Source: an uncultured Planctomycetota bacterium (GTDB lineage Bacteria; Planctomycetota; Planctomycetia; Gemmatales; Gemmataceae). Taken from it: a stretch of 64,000 nt of DNA. Within the stretch, counting starts at the first letter, position 1. Each line of letters starts with the position of its first letter. Both the position numbers and the translations under genes were made by a program. Shown piece after piece: positions 36,706 through 46,964 of the stretch. The stretch spans positions 32,001-96,000 of the forward strand of contig CAWKHF010000002.1 in the NCBI GenBank assembly GCA_963849325.1, in the 5' to 3' direction. Below the pieces are notes generated by a model that saw only the letters and a program-made list of their open reading frames with translations, was not told where the DNA came from and searched no databases.

Positions 36706-37519
36706 ATGACATACGACCGTGAATTGCAGGCGGCCATCCAGGCGGCCGATCGAGCCAGCCGCGTTATCCTCGATGCCTACACGCAATTCCAAGCCATCCC
36801 GGACGCTCCCATCGACATTAGCACCGAAGCGGATCGGCTGGCCCAGGAAACCATCTTGAGCCATCTCAAAAGGTTGTTCCCCGGTGACGCTCTTTGTGCC
36901 GAGGAGCGGACGCCGGCACTGGTTGGTGTCGTCAGCATCGGGCCGCGCCTGTGGATCGTCGATCCCATCGACGGCACGCGCGGCTTCGCGCAAAAACGGC
37001 GAATTCTCGGTCATGATCGCCTTCGTCGAGAACGGCCAGATCGCCGTCGGCATCGTGGAGGAGCCGGCCAAGAGGCGCTGTACCTATGCGGTTCGGGGTC
37101 AGGGATGCTGGCGCCGTGACGGCGACGCCGCGCCGGCCGCCTGCCGAGTGACGGCCACGGCGGATCTGTCATCCGCCGTCATGGTGCAGAGCCATTCGCG
37201 CAAACCCGGCGAGCCTTCGCGCATGGATCAGGCAGTTCGACCGGGCCGCGTTGTCGAGACGTACTCGGCGGGGATCAAGCTGGCGATGGTGGCACGAGGC
37301 GAGGTCGATCTGTACGTCAACGATTACACCCAGTTCCACGACTGGGACATCGCGGCCGGCCACATTCTCGTGGCGGAAGCCGGCGGCACGGTAACGGGAC
37401 TACATGGTCAGGAACTGCGTTACGGCCTGCCGGAAGCGTGGCAGCGTTTCGGCCTGCTGGGCAGCAACGGGCGCGTTCACGCCGAGGCGCTGAAGCGCCT
37501 CGAAGGATTGCAACTCTGA
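36706..37519 (+). CDS. cysQ: 3'(2'),5'-bisphosphate nucleotidase / inositol monophosphatase family (frameshift near 36990)
   Basis: WIVDPIDGTRGF, SAGIKL, DWDIAAG. Confidence 0.8.
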
Positions 37520-37562
37520 AAGGACCAACAGGGGGCTTACGCCCCCTGCTCGCCCGTCTTGC

Positions 37563-38912
37563 TTAGCAATACACGAATGCCCCAAAGCGCTCGCGCAGCC
37601 CCTGCTGTTCCGTCGATCCGATGTCGTTGCGCAACAAATCAAGGCGAGCCAATTTTGCCAGGTGAGGCGAGTCGATCAAGTCCCGCGCTCCTGCGCTGGT
37701 GATGCGATTGGCAGTGAGGTTGAGCCACGTCAATTCGCCGAGCGTCCGCGATTGGGCGATGGCCCGCACGCCGCGATCGCCGACGCCGTTGGAGCGCAGG
37801 TGGAGTGCGCGCAGCTTCGCGCAGCGCGAGGAGTTGGCCACAGCGGCGGTCCCGGCGTCGCCGCTGATGTTGCCGAACAGGTCGAGGGAAATCAATTCCG
37901 TTAGCGCGGGAGATTCGGCGAGCGCTTGCATGCCGGCGGAGTGAATGTGGTTGTGCCGCAGTGTCAGCCGCGTCAGCCGCGGCAAGGCGGGCCACCTCCG
38001 TAGCGCCAGTGCGCCGGGATCGCCCAGGACGTTGGCGTCGAGTTGGAGTCGCTCCAGCCGTGATAACAAACCGCCTTCCACCAGGATCGGAATGGCCTCG
38101 TGGGTCAAGCGATTGCCGTTCAGGTTCAGCTCGGTCAGGTTGGCCAGGGAGGAGGAGTGGGCCAGCACGCGCAGATTGTCCAGCGTCAGGCCGGTGTGTG
38201 CGAGGTTCAACGTGCGCAGACTGTCGAGGTACGGCGTCTCGGCGAGAGCGCGAACGATCCGCGCGGACAATTGATTATCGCTGAGATCGAGGCGGAGCAG
38301 ACGCGGAGAATGCGGCGATTCGCTCCAGGCGAAAAGGATGTCCTCATCCAGGTAGACACGGGATAATCGCAATTCGGTCAACTGTCGCAAGTAGGGCGAA
38401 GCCGCGAACGCCTGCAGGTCGGGCCGGCTCAGGCTGAGGTGCATCAAGGTCAAGCCGGAGAGACGAGCCAGGTACGGCGATTGCACCACCCGGGCGACCA
38501 GGCCGTCTGGCCCCGACCCTTCCGAGAACAGGGAGAGAGAGGAACGCTCGCGCTGCCGCAGCGTGAGATGGCGAATGGGGGCTTGCGCGAAGAGAGGATC
38601 GGCCCAGAGGAGAAATTCCTCCGGCGTTAGAGTGATTTGCTCGGCGAAGCCGCGACGGAAACACCACGGCCACAGGAGGCTTCCGGGCGGCAGCCATTGC
38701 GATTGGTGCTCTTGCAGTAGTTCCCGCTCGCGCTGTTCCAGCGGCCAGCGGCGTGGGTCGTCGTCGTCGAGGCGAGCGAGGGCGCACTGGACGCGGATGA
38801 ACTCGCCGCGCGGATGGTCGTGCTCTTCCAGCCAATCGGCGTAGATCAGGCGCGGCGCATCGTCGTTGGGATGCGTCCGGATGTCGTGCAGAAAGGCGTC
38901 CGTGATGCCCAT
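37563..38912 (-). CDS. TIGR02996 domain plus leucine-rich repeat protein
   Basis: AFLHDIRTHPNDDAPRLIYADWLEE..RGEFIRVQC, FRRGF, then LxxLxLxxN repeats. Confidence 0.9.
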   Translation of the reverse strand: MGITDAFLHDIRTHPNDDAPRLIYADWLEEHDHPRGEFIRVQCALARLDDDDPRRWPLEQRERELLQEHQSQWLPPGSLLWPWCFRRGFAEQITLTPEEFLLWADPLFAQAPIRHLTLRQRERSSLSLFSEGSGPDGLVARVVQSPYLARLSGLTLMHLSLSRPDLQAFAASPYLRQLTELRLSRVYLDEDILFAWSESPHSPRLLRLDLSDNQLSARIVRALAETPYLDSLRTLNLAHTGLTLDNLRVLAHSSSLANLTELNLNGNRLTHEAIPILVEGGLLSRLERLQLDANVLGDPGALALRRWPALPRLTRLTLRHNHIHSAGMQALAESPALTELISLDLFGNISGDAGTAAVANSSRCAKLRALHLRSNGVGDRGVRAIAQSRTLGELTWLNLTANRITSAGARDLIDSPHLAKLARLDLLRNDIGSTEQQGLRERFGAFVYC

Positions 38913-39059
38913 GCGCGTCTTCTTCGTCGCGGAGAATCCCGGATAGGGCCATCGCTCTATTGTAGGAACCCGCGACGAGAGCGCCTGTGCGTGGAGAGTG
39001 CTTTTCCCTGCCGTTGCTGGCCCTCGTTCCGCCGGGATGATTTCCGACCGAGGGCTCCG

Positions 39060-40126
<1,067 letters not shown>

Positions 40127-40133
40127 GCCTCGT

Positions 40134-40913
40134 TCACCCCGGATGGGCCTGCAAAAGGGCCAGGACTTCGTCGTGCAGTTTGCCGTTGCTGATGAGCACG
40201 TCGGGGCTGTGGATGTTCGGCTGGCCGCTCCAGTCGCTGAAGCGACCGCCAGCCTCCTCGACGAGCGGCTGGATGGCGGCCACGTCCCAGGCATGTACGC
40301 CATGCTCGATCATCACTTCGCCCGAACCCTGGGCCACCAGAACGTGCCCGTAGTAATCGCCGAAGCCGCGCTGCCGCTCCGTGCGCCGGGTCAATTCCAG
40401 AAACGCTTCCTGACGGCCCGCCTTGAGGAACCACGACAGGCTGGAATAAAAGAGCATCGACCGTGACAGATCGGCCACGTCCGAGACGCGGATGCGGCCA
40501 TCGTTGCGATACGCTCCATCGCCGCGGAGTGCCCGGTAGGTATGTCCCAGGGCCGGCACGTCGGCGACGCCGACGATCACCTCCTCGCGGTATTCCAGGC
40601 CGACGAGGGTGGCCCACAGAGGAATGCCGCGGACGAAGTTGCGCGTGCCGTCGATGGGATCGATGATCCAGCGGAAGCCGGATGAGCCGGGCGTGTCGCC
40701 GAACTCTTCACCGAGGAAGCCGTCGCCCGGGAAGGCGCCGAGCAGCGTCTGCCGCAGCAGTTGCTCGGCCTCGCGGTCGGCCACGGTGACGGGACTGCAA
40801 TCGGCCTTCCATTCGACCTGGAACGAGCCGTCGAAATAGCGCAGGGCCAGCTGCCCGGCCTTGTGAGCCGCCTCGACGGCCAACTCGTAGCGGCTTCGCC
40901 ATTCCGGGTTCAC
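40134..40913 (-). CDS. hisN: Histidinol-phosphatase, inositol monophosphatase family
   Basis: KADCSPVTVADREAE, GEEFG, WIIDPIDGTRNFVRGIPLWATL, RGFGDYY, WDVAA. Confidence 0.85.
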   Translation of the reverse strand: MNPEWRSRYELAVEAAHKAGQLALRYFDGSFQVEWKADCSPVTVADREAEQLLRQTLLGAFPGDGFLGEEFGDTPGSSGFRWIIDPIDGTRNFVRGIPLWATLVGLEYREEVIVGVADVPALGHTYRALRGDGAYRNDGRIRVSDVADLSRSMLFYSSLSWFLKAGRQEAFLELTRRTERQRGFGDYYGHVLVAQGSGEVMIEHGVHAWDVAAIQPLVEEAGGRFSDWSGQPNIHSPDVLISNGKLHDEVLALLQAHPG

Positions 40914-40976
40914 GACATCTCCTTACGAATGCCCTAGACCGCAGCGTTTGTTTTACGGCAAGGCGGGGTGTCTGTC

Positions 40977-41185
40977 TTCCGAAAGCCGCTTGCGGCTTAG
41001 CGTAGCGAGAACGCTAAGTGTCTGTCCCGTAAGCCCCTCTCCTCCTGTACTCAGGGGGAGAGGGGTTGGGGTGAGGGGGTGCGGTTTCCCAGGGCTTGCC
41101 GCCCCCTCACCCCCAACCCCTCTCCCCCGAGTACGGGGGAGAGGGGCTTACCGGACAGACGCTAAGCCGCAAGCAGCTTTCGGAA
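40977..41185. repeat. REP-like palindrome (AGCCGCTTGCGGCTTAGC) interrupted by a MITE
   Basis: Arms TTCCGAAAGCCGCTTGCGGCTTAGCGT and GCTAAGCCGCAAGCAGCTTTCGGAA. Confidence 0.8.
41018..41162. mobile_element. 145-bp MITE-like element with 16-bp terminal inverted repeats and TAA target duplication
   Basis: Left GTGTCTGTCCCGTAAG vs right reverse complement GCGTCTGTCCGGTAAG; TAA at 41015-41017 and 41163-41165. Confidence 0.7.
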
Positions 41186-41204
41186 CAGGCTCTGAAGTTG
41201 GAGA

Positions 41205-41220
41205 TGGCCCCGGATTTGCA
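41205..41220 (+). promoter_or_regulatory. sigma54 -24/-12 promoter
   Basis: TGGCCCCGGATTTGCA with correct GG-N10-GC spacing, 30 bp before ATG 41251. Confidence 0.6.
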
Positions 41221-41250
41221 CTATGATCCTCGGATCAAAGGAGGTGCAAC

Positions 41251-41559
41251 ATGGCCGATGACAGGATACGCGAACAGACCATCGGGGAGACGCAGACGGG
41301 CGACCAGCCGGAGAACGTCCCACTGGAAGAACCCCTCCCCAGCACGAACGACCCGGGCGGAGCGCGATCCAAGGGCTACTCCGCCGAGCAGCGGCCGAAG
41401 GCGGATGTCAAGAAGGAAGGGCCGCTGCCCCTGGTGCCCGGTCACGATACCGGGTCCGAGGTCCAGCAGCCCGAACGTGACGGCAAGGTGCAACCCACAG
41501 GGCGAAGTGAACCGGGCGCGTACACCCCCAATGACCGCTTGATGGGTTCCGATCGGTGA
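41251..41559 (+). CDS. Small hydrophilic, probably disordered hypothetical protein (102 aa)
   Basis: Strong AAGGAGG RBS; P/E/G/D/T-rich ORF. Confidence 0.75.
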   Translation: MADDRIREQTIGETQTGDQPENVPLEEPLPSTNDPGGARSKGYSAEQRPKADVKKEGPLPLVPGHDTGSEVQQPERDGKVQPTGRSEPGAYTPNDRLMGSDR

Positions 41560-41614
41560 TAGGACTAAGATAAAAAAGATCTTTTTTGTCTGAATAATTA
41601 TACATGACTGCGGA

Positions 41615-41889
41615 GAAAAGAAAAAAGGCGATCCTCGGGGGAGCGAGGATCGCCTCTGCACGGGGGCCACAGGCCGGAACACGGAGGGGATGGAATGGCG
41701 AGCGGGGGAGGCCGCCATTCGTCGGGCATCTGCCCGGCGTCCGTCCGCGCATCTGGGGGGACAGACACAAGGACGAAGGGCAAACCGGGTTGGCCCTATC
41801 CGGACGCCGCATTCGCAAGCCAACGGACGAACTCTCGCGGGGGAGCGAAAGTCACTCGGCCGCCTCGCGCCGTGCGTCCGGACAACACC
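41615..41889 (-). ncRNA. Candidate sigma54-dependent sRNA with four UCCCC(C)-loop hairpins
   Basis: Promoter at 41900-41915, hairpins at 41830-41853, 41749-41768, 41693-41720, 41626-41655, then U-tract; no credible ORF. Confidence 0.7.
41616..41655 (-). terminator. Rho-independent terminator
   Basis: AGGCGATCCTCG-CTCCCC-CGAGGATCGCCT followed by TTTTTCTTTT on the minus strand. Confidence 0.85.
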
Positions 41890-41899
41890 TTTCCCTGAA

Positions 41900-41915
41900 A
41901 GCAACTCGAATGCCA
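41900..41915 (-). promoter_or_regulatory. sigma54 -24/-12 promoter
   Basis: Minus strand TGGCATTCGAGTTGCT. Confidence 0.75.
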
Positions 41916-42071
41916 ATGCCGCGGGCCGTCGGGCACAAAATAGAGACGAACGACCCAACTTTCAAACATGGTGACAGTTGCGGCAGCACGTTCGGTACGG
42001 CGGTGGGATGGAAGGCGGATGAGCCACCGGGCGGCTTGTAAATGGTGCCGGCGTCCTTGTAAGTCCTGCCC

Positions 42072-43562
42072 TCAATTCGACGTGGCCGAGTTGGGGTCTG
42101 TCCGGTCTTTTTCCTGGTTTTCGCCCGACTTGTTTTTCTTGCCCACAACGCGCTTGAGTATCCAGGCGATGCCGCCCGCCGCGACGAGGGCGGCGGCACC
42201 GACGGATAGCATGATGGCGTCGCGCCGGCTCAGCCGAGCCAGGGGAGTCGTTGTCCTTGGAGCGACGGCCACCATCTCGACGTCGGCTGTCGGGGCGGGG
42301 GCCGATGGGGCGACGGAGGTCGCCATCGGGACCGAACGGGCGGCACTCGGGGCCGCGACGGGTGCGGCCACCGGCACCGAAGGGACATCCGGCCGGAACT
42401 CGACGGTTGGCGTCTCCTCGCCGCTGGTGGAGTCCAGCCAATCGAGGTAGGCGCGCATCTGCGGACTGGCTTCGCGGGGGGCCGGCTCCGACCCGGCGGC
42501 GAGGAAGACCTGCAACGCCTGGGCGGCGCGTTCGGGAGTCGGATAACGCTGGGCGGGATCCTTGGCCATCATCCAGTTGACGATGTGCTGCAAGCCGTCG
42601 GGCACCGCCGGATTGAATTTCTTCAGGGCCGGCACCGGCTCGCTGGCGTGACGCATCATCTTGCGGACCATATTCGACTCGGGGTAAGGAGGTTGGCCGG
42701 CCAGGGCGTGGAAGAGCGTGCAGCCCAGGCTGTAGATGTCGGCGCGAATGTCGGCGGCGTGCGCGTCGCGGGCCTGCTCGGGAGCCATGTAATCCGGCGT
42801 GCCGAGGATGGTGCCGTCGGCGGTGAGGTTGGCGTTCGCGCCGGCGTCGGCCTCGTCGAAGAGGGCGCGGCCCATGCCGATGTCGAGAATTTTCACCGTC
42901 GCGTTCAGGGTGGAACCGGCTAGTCCGTCATCGGCACCGGGCAACAGCATGAGATTGCTGGGATTGAGGTCGCGGTGGACCATGCCGTCCTCGTGCAGGT
43001 ACTCCAGGCCGAGCAGCGCCTGATAGAGGAGACGTACCGCCTCGGCCGGCGGCAGTTTGCCGCGCCGCTTGAGCACGTCTTCCAGCGTTTCCCCATCCAG
43101 ATACTCCATGACAAGGTAATGCAGGCCGTTATCCTCGGCGATCTGGAAGGTACGGACTATATGGGGGTGTTTGAGACGCAGGGAGAGACGCCCCTCGCGC
43201 TGGAAGCGGGCGAAAGCGTTGGCGTCCTTGGCCTTGGACGGCGGCAGTACCTTGATGGCCACGATCGGACCGAGGCGATGGATGGCCTTGTAGACACCGG
43301 CCATGCGACCGACGCCGATACGCTCGAGCAATTTGTACTCGTTGAGGAAAAAGCGATCGGCATGGCCGCGCCGCAACATGCCGGCCTGGTACTCCGTGAC
43401 ATACTGGCCACTAACGAGCCATTGACAGAACTTGGCGGAGTCGGACGCCGCCGCGCCGGCCTCGCCGAGCCAGCGCTGGCGCAGTCTACGGACCTCGTCG
43501 GCGGTGACGAGCTTGCTGCGGGCCAGTAGATTGCAGAGTGTTTCGACGGATGGGATATCCAT
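42072..43562 (-). CDS. Hanks-type Ser/Thr protein kinase with C-terminal TM segment
   Basis: IGVGRMAGVY, VAIK, HRDLNPSN, DIG, GTPDYMAPEQ, DIYSLG. Confidence 0.92.
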   Translation of the reverse strand: MDIPSVETLCNLLARSKLVTADEVRRLRQRWLGEAGAAASDSAKFCQWLVSGQYVTEYQAGMLRRGHADRFFLNEYKLLERIGVGRMAGVYKAIHRLGPIVAIKVLPPSKAKDANAFARFQREGRLSLRLKHPHIVRTFQIAEDNGLHYLVMEYLDGETLEDVLKRRGKLPPAEAVRLLYQALLGLEYLHEDGMVHRDLNPSNLMLLPGADDGLAGSTLNATVKILDIGMGRALFDEADAGANANLTADGTILGTPDYMAPEQARDAHAADIRADIYSLGCTLFHALAGQPPYPESNMVRKMMRHASEPVPALKKFNPAVPDGLQHIVNWMMAKDPAQRYPTPERAAQALQVFLAAGSEPAPREASPQMRAYLDWLDSTSGEETPTVEFRPDVPSVPVAAPVAAPSAARSVPMATSVAPSAPAPTADVEMVAVAPRTTTPLARLSRRDAIMLSVGAAALVAAGGIAWILKRVVGKKNKSGENQEKDRTDPNSATSN

Positions 43563-43794
43563 GGCGATGCTCCGCGCGTTCGGAATACAAGAACGAGTCT
43601 GAAGGGGAGTATCCCGTCTTTCGCTACGAGATGCAAGGGGCTAACCCCCATGAGCCGCGATCTTTCCGAACGTCCACCCCTCGAAGGGTGGCGAGCGCGA
43701 AATGGTTTGGAAGACCCCTTTCGCGGCGGTACAATCCGTAGGTCGATCCAGAGATGGCGGAGGAGAGCGAGAAGGCCTCCTGACAGGATGAGCG

Positions 43795-44145
43795 ATGACT
43801 CCCCAGCCTGTAGCGGATACGCCAGCGCCATCCCCTCCGACCATTCACGAGGCGGAGCGTGCCTCCGGGCCTTCCGGCGCTGTACTCGCTGGGACCGTGA
43901 TCAACGTCGATGCCGCTGTGGCCCGCCGACACGCCGGCTTGGACGTGGTAGTATGCGGAGAAGATGGGGTGGCCAATCGCCGGCTCGCTTCCGCCATCGA
44001 AACTGCTGTCGGCGTTTGCCAGCGCAGTGATCCACACCGTCGCGCGGGTCCGCTGGCTCTACCCCATTTTCAGCAAGACCGACCGCCGCCGGACGGCCAC
44101 ACGTTCTACGAGACGGCAAACCGTAAGGCGAGGAAAGGACCATGA
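43795..44145 (+). CDS. Small hypothetical protein with His-rich C-terminal motif (putative nuclease toxin-like)
   Basis: DPH..LPHFQ..DGHTFYE; stop overlaps next start (ATGA). Confidence 0.55.
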   Translation: MTPQPVADTPAPSPPTIHEAERASGPSGAVLAGTVINVDAAVARRHAGLDVVVCGEDGVANRRLASAIETAVGVCQRSDPHRRAGPLALPHFQQDRPPPDGHTFYETANRKARKGP

Positions 44146-44669
44146 GGTACTTCACCCGCGATCTCTATCGCCGTTGCCGCTCCACCGACGAAGCCGTCCT
44201 CAACGCGGCTTGCGAGGAATGGGAACAGGCAAATGAGGCTTACGAACGACACCTGGCGACTGTCGAACCGGAGTTTCCGCCTCACTTGCGCGAGTTCGCC
44301 GCCGTGCTCCTGCACGATGCGAAAGTGCAGTCGATCGCACGGCGGGGAAATCAGTTGATTCTGGTGCTGCACAAGGACATTCCGCCGCGCGACCTCGTGC
44401 TTCTCTGCTACGAGTTGGTCGGCGAGCCCGTCGTTGAGCCTTTCGCGGATGCCCCGACCGACTGGACTCGCCCGACCACCTTCCAGTTCGATGAGTTGGA
44501 CATCGTGCGCGAGGAGGAGGGCAAGCTCCACAGTCAGTCCATTGTTTTCAGCAACGGTTGGCTGATGCGACTTCGCTTCCGGGACGTGCGGGTGACCGTG
44601 GCCCAGTCGGTGTACCCCATGGCCACGAGCGGCTCGCTGCCAGCATTCGCCCTCCCCCAAACCGGCTGA
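44142..44669 (+). CDS. Hypothetical protein, DUF4085-like (possible immunity/antitoxin)
   Basis: MRYFTRDLY..WEQANEAYERHL..LHDA; resemblance recalled, not searched. Confidence 0.6.
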   Translation: MRYFTRDLYRRCRSTDEAVLNAACEEWEQANEAYERHLATVEPEFPPHLREFAAVLLHDAKVQSIARRGNQLILVLHKDIPPRDLVLLCYELVGEPVVEPFADAPTDWTRPTTFQFDELDIVREEEGKLHSQSIVFSNGWLMRLRFRDVRVTVAQSVYPMATSGSLPAFALPQTG

Positions 44670-44786
44670 AAGTTGTGAGAGAAGCTTGAGGTTTCCGGAT
44701 CTCAATTCCGATGAAGCAGGGCGATAGAATGGCAGCGCCGGCATCGCTGGCCGGTCTTGGTTCCGCGATCCGACGAGGCGCGAGTC

Positions 44787-46800
44787 ATGATTCCCTTCGG
44801 CTTCCTGCGTGTCGCCGCCGCCACGCCGTTGGTGCGCGTCGCCGACTGTGCCTTCAACGTCGAGCACATCCTCGCCCTCTTGCGGCAGGCCGAGAGCGAG
44901 CGCGTCAGCGTCCTCGTCTTCCCCGAGTTGGCGATCACCGGCTACACCTGCGCCGACCTGTTCCACCAGCCCGTCCTGCAACGCGGCGCCGTCGAGGCGA
45001 CTGGCGCAACTCGTCAAGGACAGCGCCGCCGTCTTCTCCGGCCTGGCGATTCTCGGCGTACCTATCGTGGTGGATGACTTGCTCTTCAACTGCGCCGCCG
45101 TGCTGCACCGCGGCCGCCTGCTGGGGATGGTGCCGAAGTCGTTTTTGCCCAATTACAAGGAGTTCTACGAGGCGCGTTGGTTCGCCCCGGCGATCAAGGC
45201 GAGCCGCCGCGAGGTCGTCGTCGCGGGACAAACGGTCTCCTTCGGCACGGATCGCCTGTTCGCGGCCGAAGACGTGGATGGACTGATCGTCGGCGTCGAG
45301 ATTTGCGAGGACTTATGGGTGCCGGCCCCGCCCAGCTCGGCGCAGGCGCTGGCCGGTGCCACCGTGCTCGTCAATCTGTCGGCCAGCAACGAGGTCATCG
45401 GCAAGGCGAATTATCGCCGCCAACTCGTCCTCAACCAATCGGGCCGCTGCATGGCCGCCTACGTCTACGCCTCGTGCGGTGTCGGCGAATCGACGACCGA
45501 CCTCGTGTTCGGCGGCCACTGTCTCATCGCCGAGAACGGCACCCTGCTGGCCGAGTCGCCTCGCTTCCAGCGCGAGGACGCCCTGCTTCTCGCCGACGTC
45601 GATCTCGACCGCCTCCGCGCCGATCGCCAGCGCACCAACAGCTTCCTCGACGCTCATCTGTATCCCGGACACGACCGTCCCTTCGCGCGCTCGACGTTCG
45701 CGTTGTCCCAAGGAAGCGAGCCGGTCCTCCCCGCCGATTTGCGTCGGCCGGTCGAAGCGCATCCGTTTGTGCCGCAGGGGCGAGAGCAACTGCGCGACCG
45801 CTGCGAGGAAATCTTTCACCTTCAGGTCGCTGGCCTGGCCAAGCGGCTGGAGCACATCGGTACGCCGCCAGTGGCCCTCGGCATCTCGGGCGGACTCGAC
45901 TCGACGTTGGCCCTGCTGGTCGCCTGCAAAACCATGGACACGCTGAACGTACCGCGGCCGCGCATCCTCGCCTGGACGATGCCGGGCTTCGGCACCAGCA
46001 ACCGTACCCGCGATAACGCTCGCGCCCTCATGCGCCAGCTCGGCGTTTCGGCCCGCGAGGTCGATATCCGCCCCTTGTGCCTGGACGAGATGCGCGTCCT
46101 CGGTCATCGGCCGTTCGGCATCGACCTGGAAGGATTGACCGTCGAGGAGTTGAGCGAGCGCTTGCGTCGCCTGCCGCCGGAACATCGAATCGATCTGGTC
46201 TTCGAGAACGTGCAGGCGCGTATGCGGACCAGCCTGCTGATGAACAGCGGTTTCGTCGTCGGCACCGGCGACATTTCCGAGGCAGCCCTGGGCTGGTCCA
46301 CCTACAATGGCGATCACATGAGTATGTATAACCCCAACAGCAGCATCCCCAAGACGCTGGTGAAGTTCCTGGTGGAGTGGGCGGCGCGCAACGAGTTCGA
46401 GGGCGACGCTCGGCGGACGCTGCTGGACATCGTCGATACGCTGATCTCGCCGGAACTACTGCCGGCCGGGGCGGACGGCCAACCGGCGCAAGCGACCGAA
46501 GTCACGATCGGTCCCTACGAGGTACTCGATTTCTTCCTGTTTCACTTCCTTCGCTACGGCGCGCCGCCGGAAAAAATCCTCTTCCTCGCTCAGCGTGCCC
46601 GTTTTCAGCGTTCGTATCGTGAAGGTGAACTTCGCGGATGGCTCCAGACGTTCCTTCGCCGCTTCTTCGCCAATCAGTTCAAGCGCTCCTGCGTGCCCGA
46701 TGGGCCGAAGGTCGGCACCATCAGCCTATCGCCACGCGGCGATTGGCGCATGCCCAGCGATGCCCAGGCGTCCCTGTGGCTGCGTTGGGCCGAGGATTAG
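44787..46800 (+). CDS. nadE: Glutamine-dependent NAD(+) synthetase (frameshift near 45000)
   Basis: VFPEL.ITGY, PK.FLPNYKEFYE.RWF, EICEDLW, GISGGLDST, ENVQARMR, FKRSCVPDGPK. Confidence 0.95.
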
Positions 46801-46844
46801 CCGGGACGCGCGGCGGAGCGCGCTCCGCCGCGCGTCCCGGCTAA
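46797..46844. repeat. REP-like palindrome (copy 3 of the GCCGxGACGCGC family) providing the nadE stop
   Basis: TTAGCCGGGACGCGCGGCGGAGCGCGCTCCGCCGCGCGTCCCGGCTAA. Confidence 0.85.
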
Positions 46845-46857
46845 GTGGCACTAACGG

Positions 46858-46920
46858 AATGTGGCGGCACGTTTGTAACGTGCCGTACAATCCAACACGT
46901 TGAAAACGTGTTGCCACATT
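46858..46920. repeat. REP-like doublet (GTGGCGGCACGTTTGTAACGTGCC family)
   Basis: Two internal hairpins inside AATGTGGC...GCCACATT arms. Confidence 0.75.
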
Positions 46921-46964
46921 TTGGTAGAGCCTCTAAACAGAGAAGTTCTTTTGTCGGACGGTCC

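Noticed and set aside
41776-41830. c-di-GMP-I riboswitch-like string GGGCAAACC...GGACGC..GCAAGCC on the plus strand
   Set aside because: Lacks the GAAA tetraloop and second stem, has no downstream plus-strand gene, and the minus-strand promoter and terminator explain the region better
41221-42041. ORFs 41221-41958(-) and 41604-42041(+) as real genes
   Set aside because: No RBS, Arg/Pro-rich shadow-like composition, and they run through a terminator or overlap the 41251 gene
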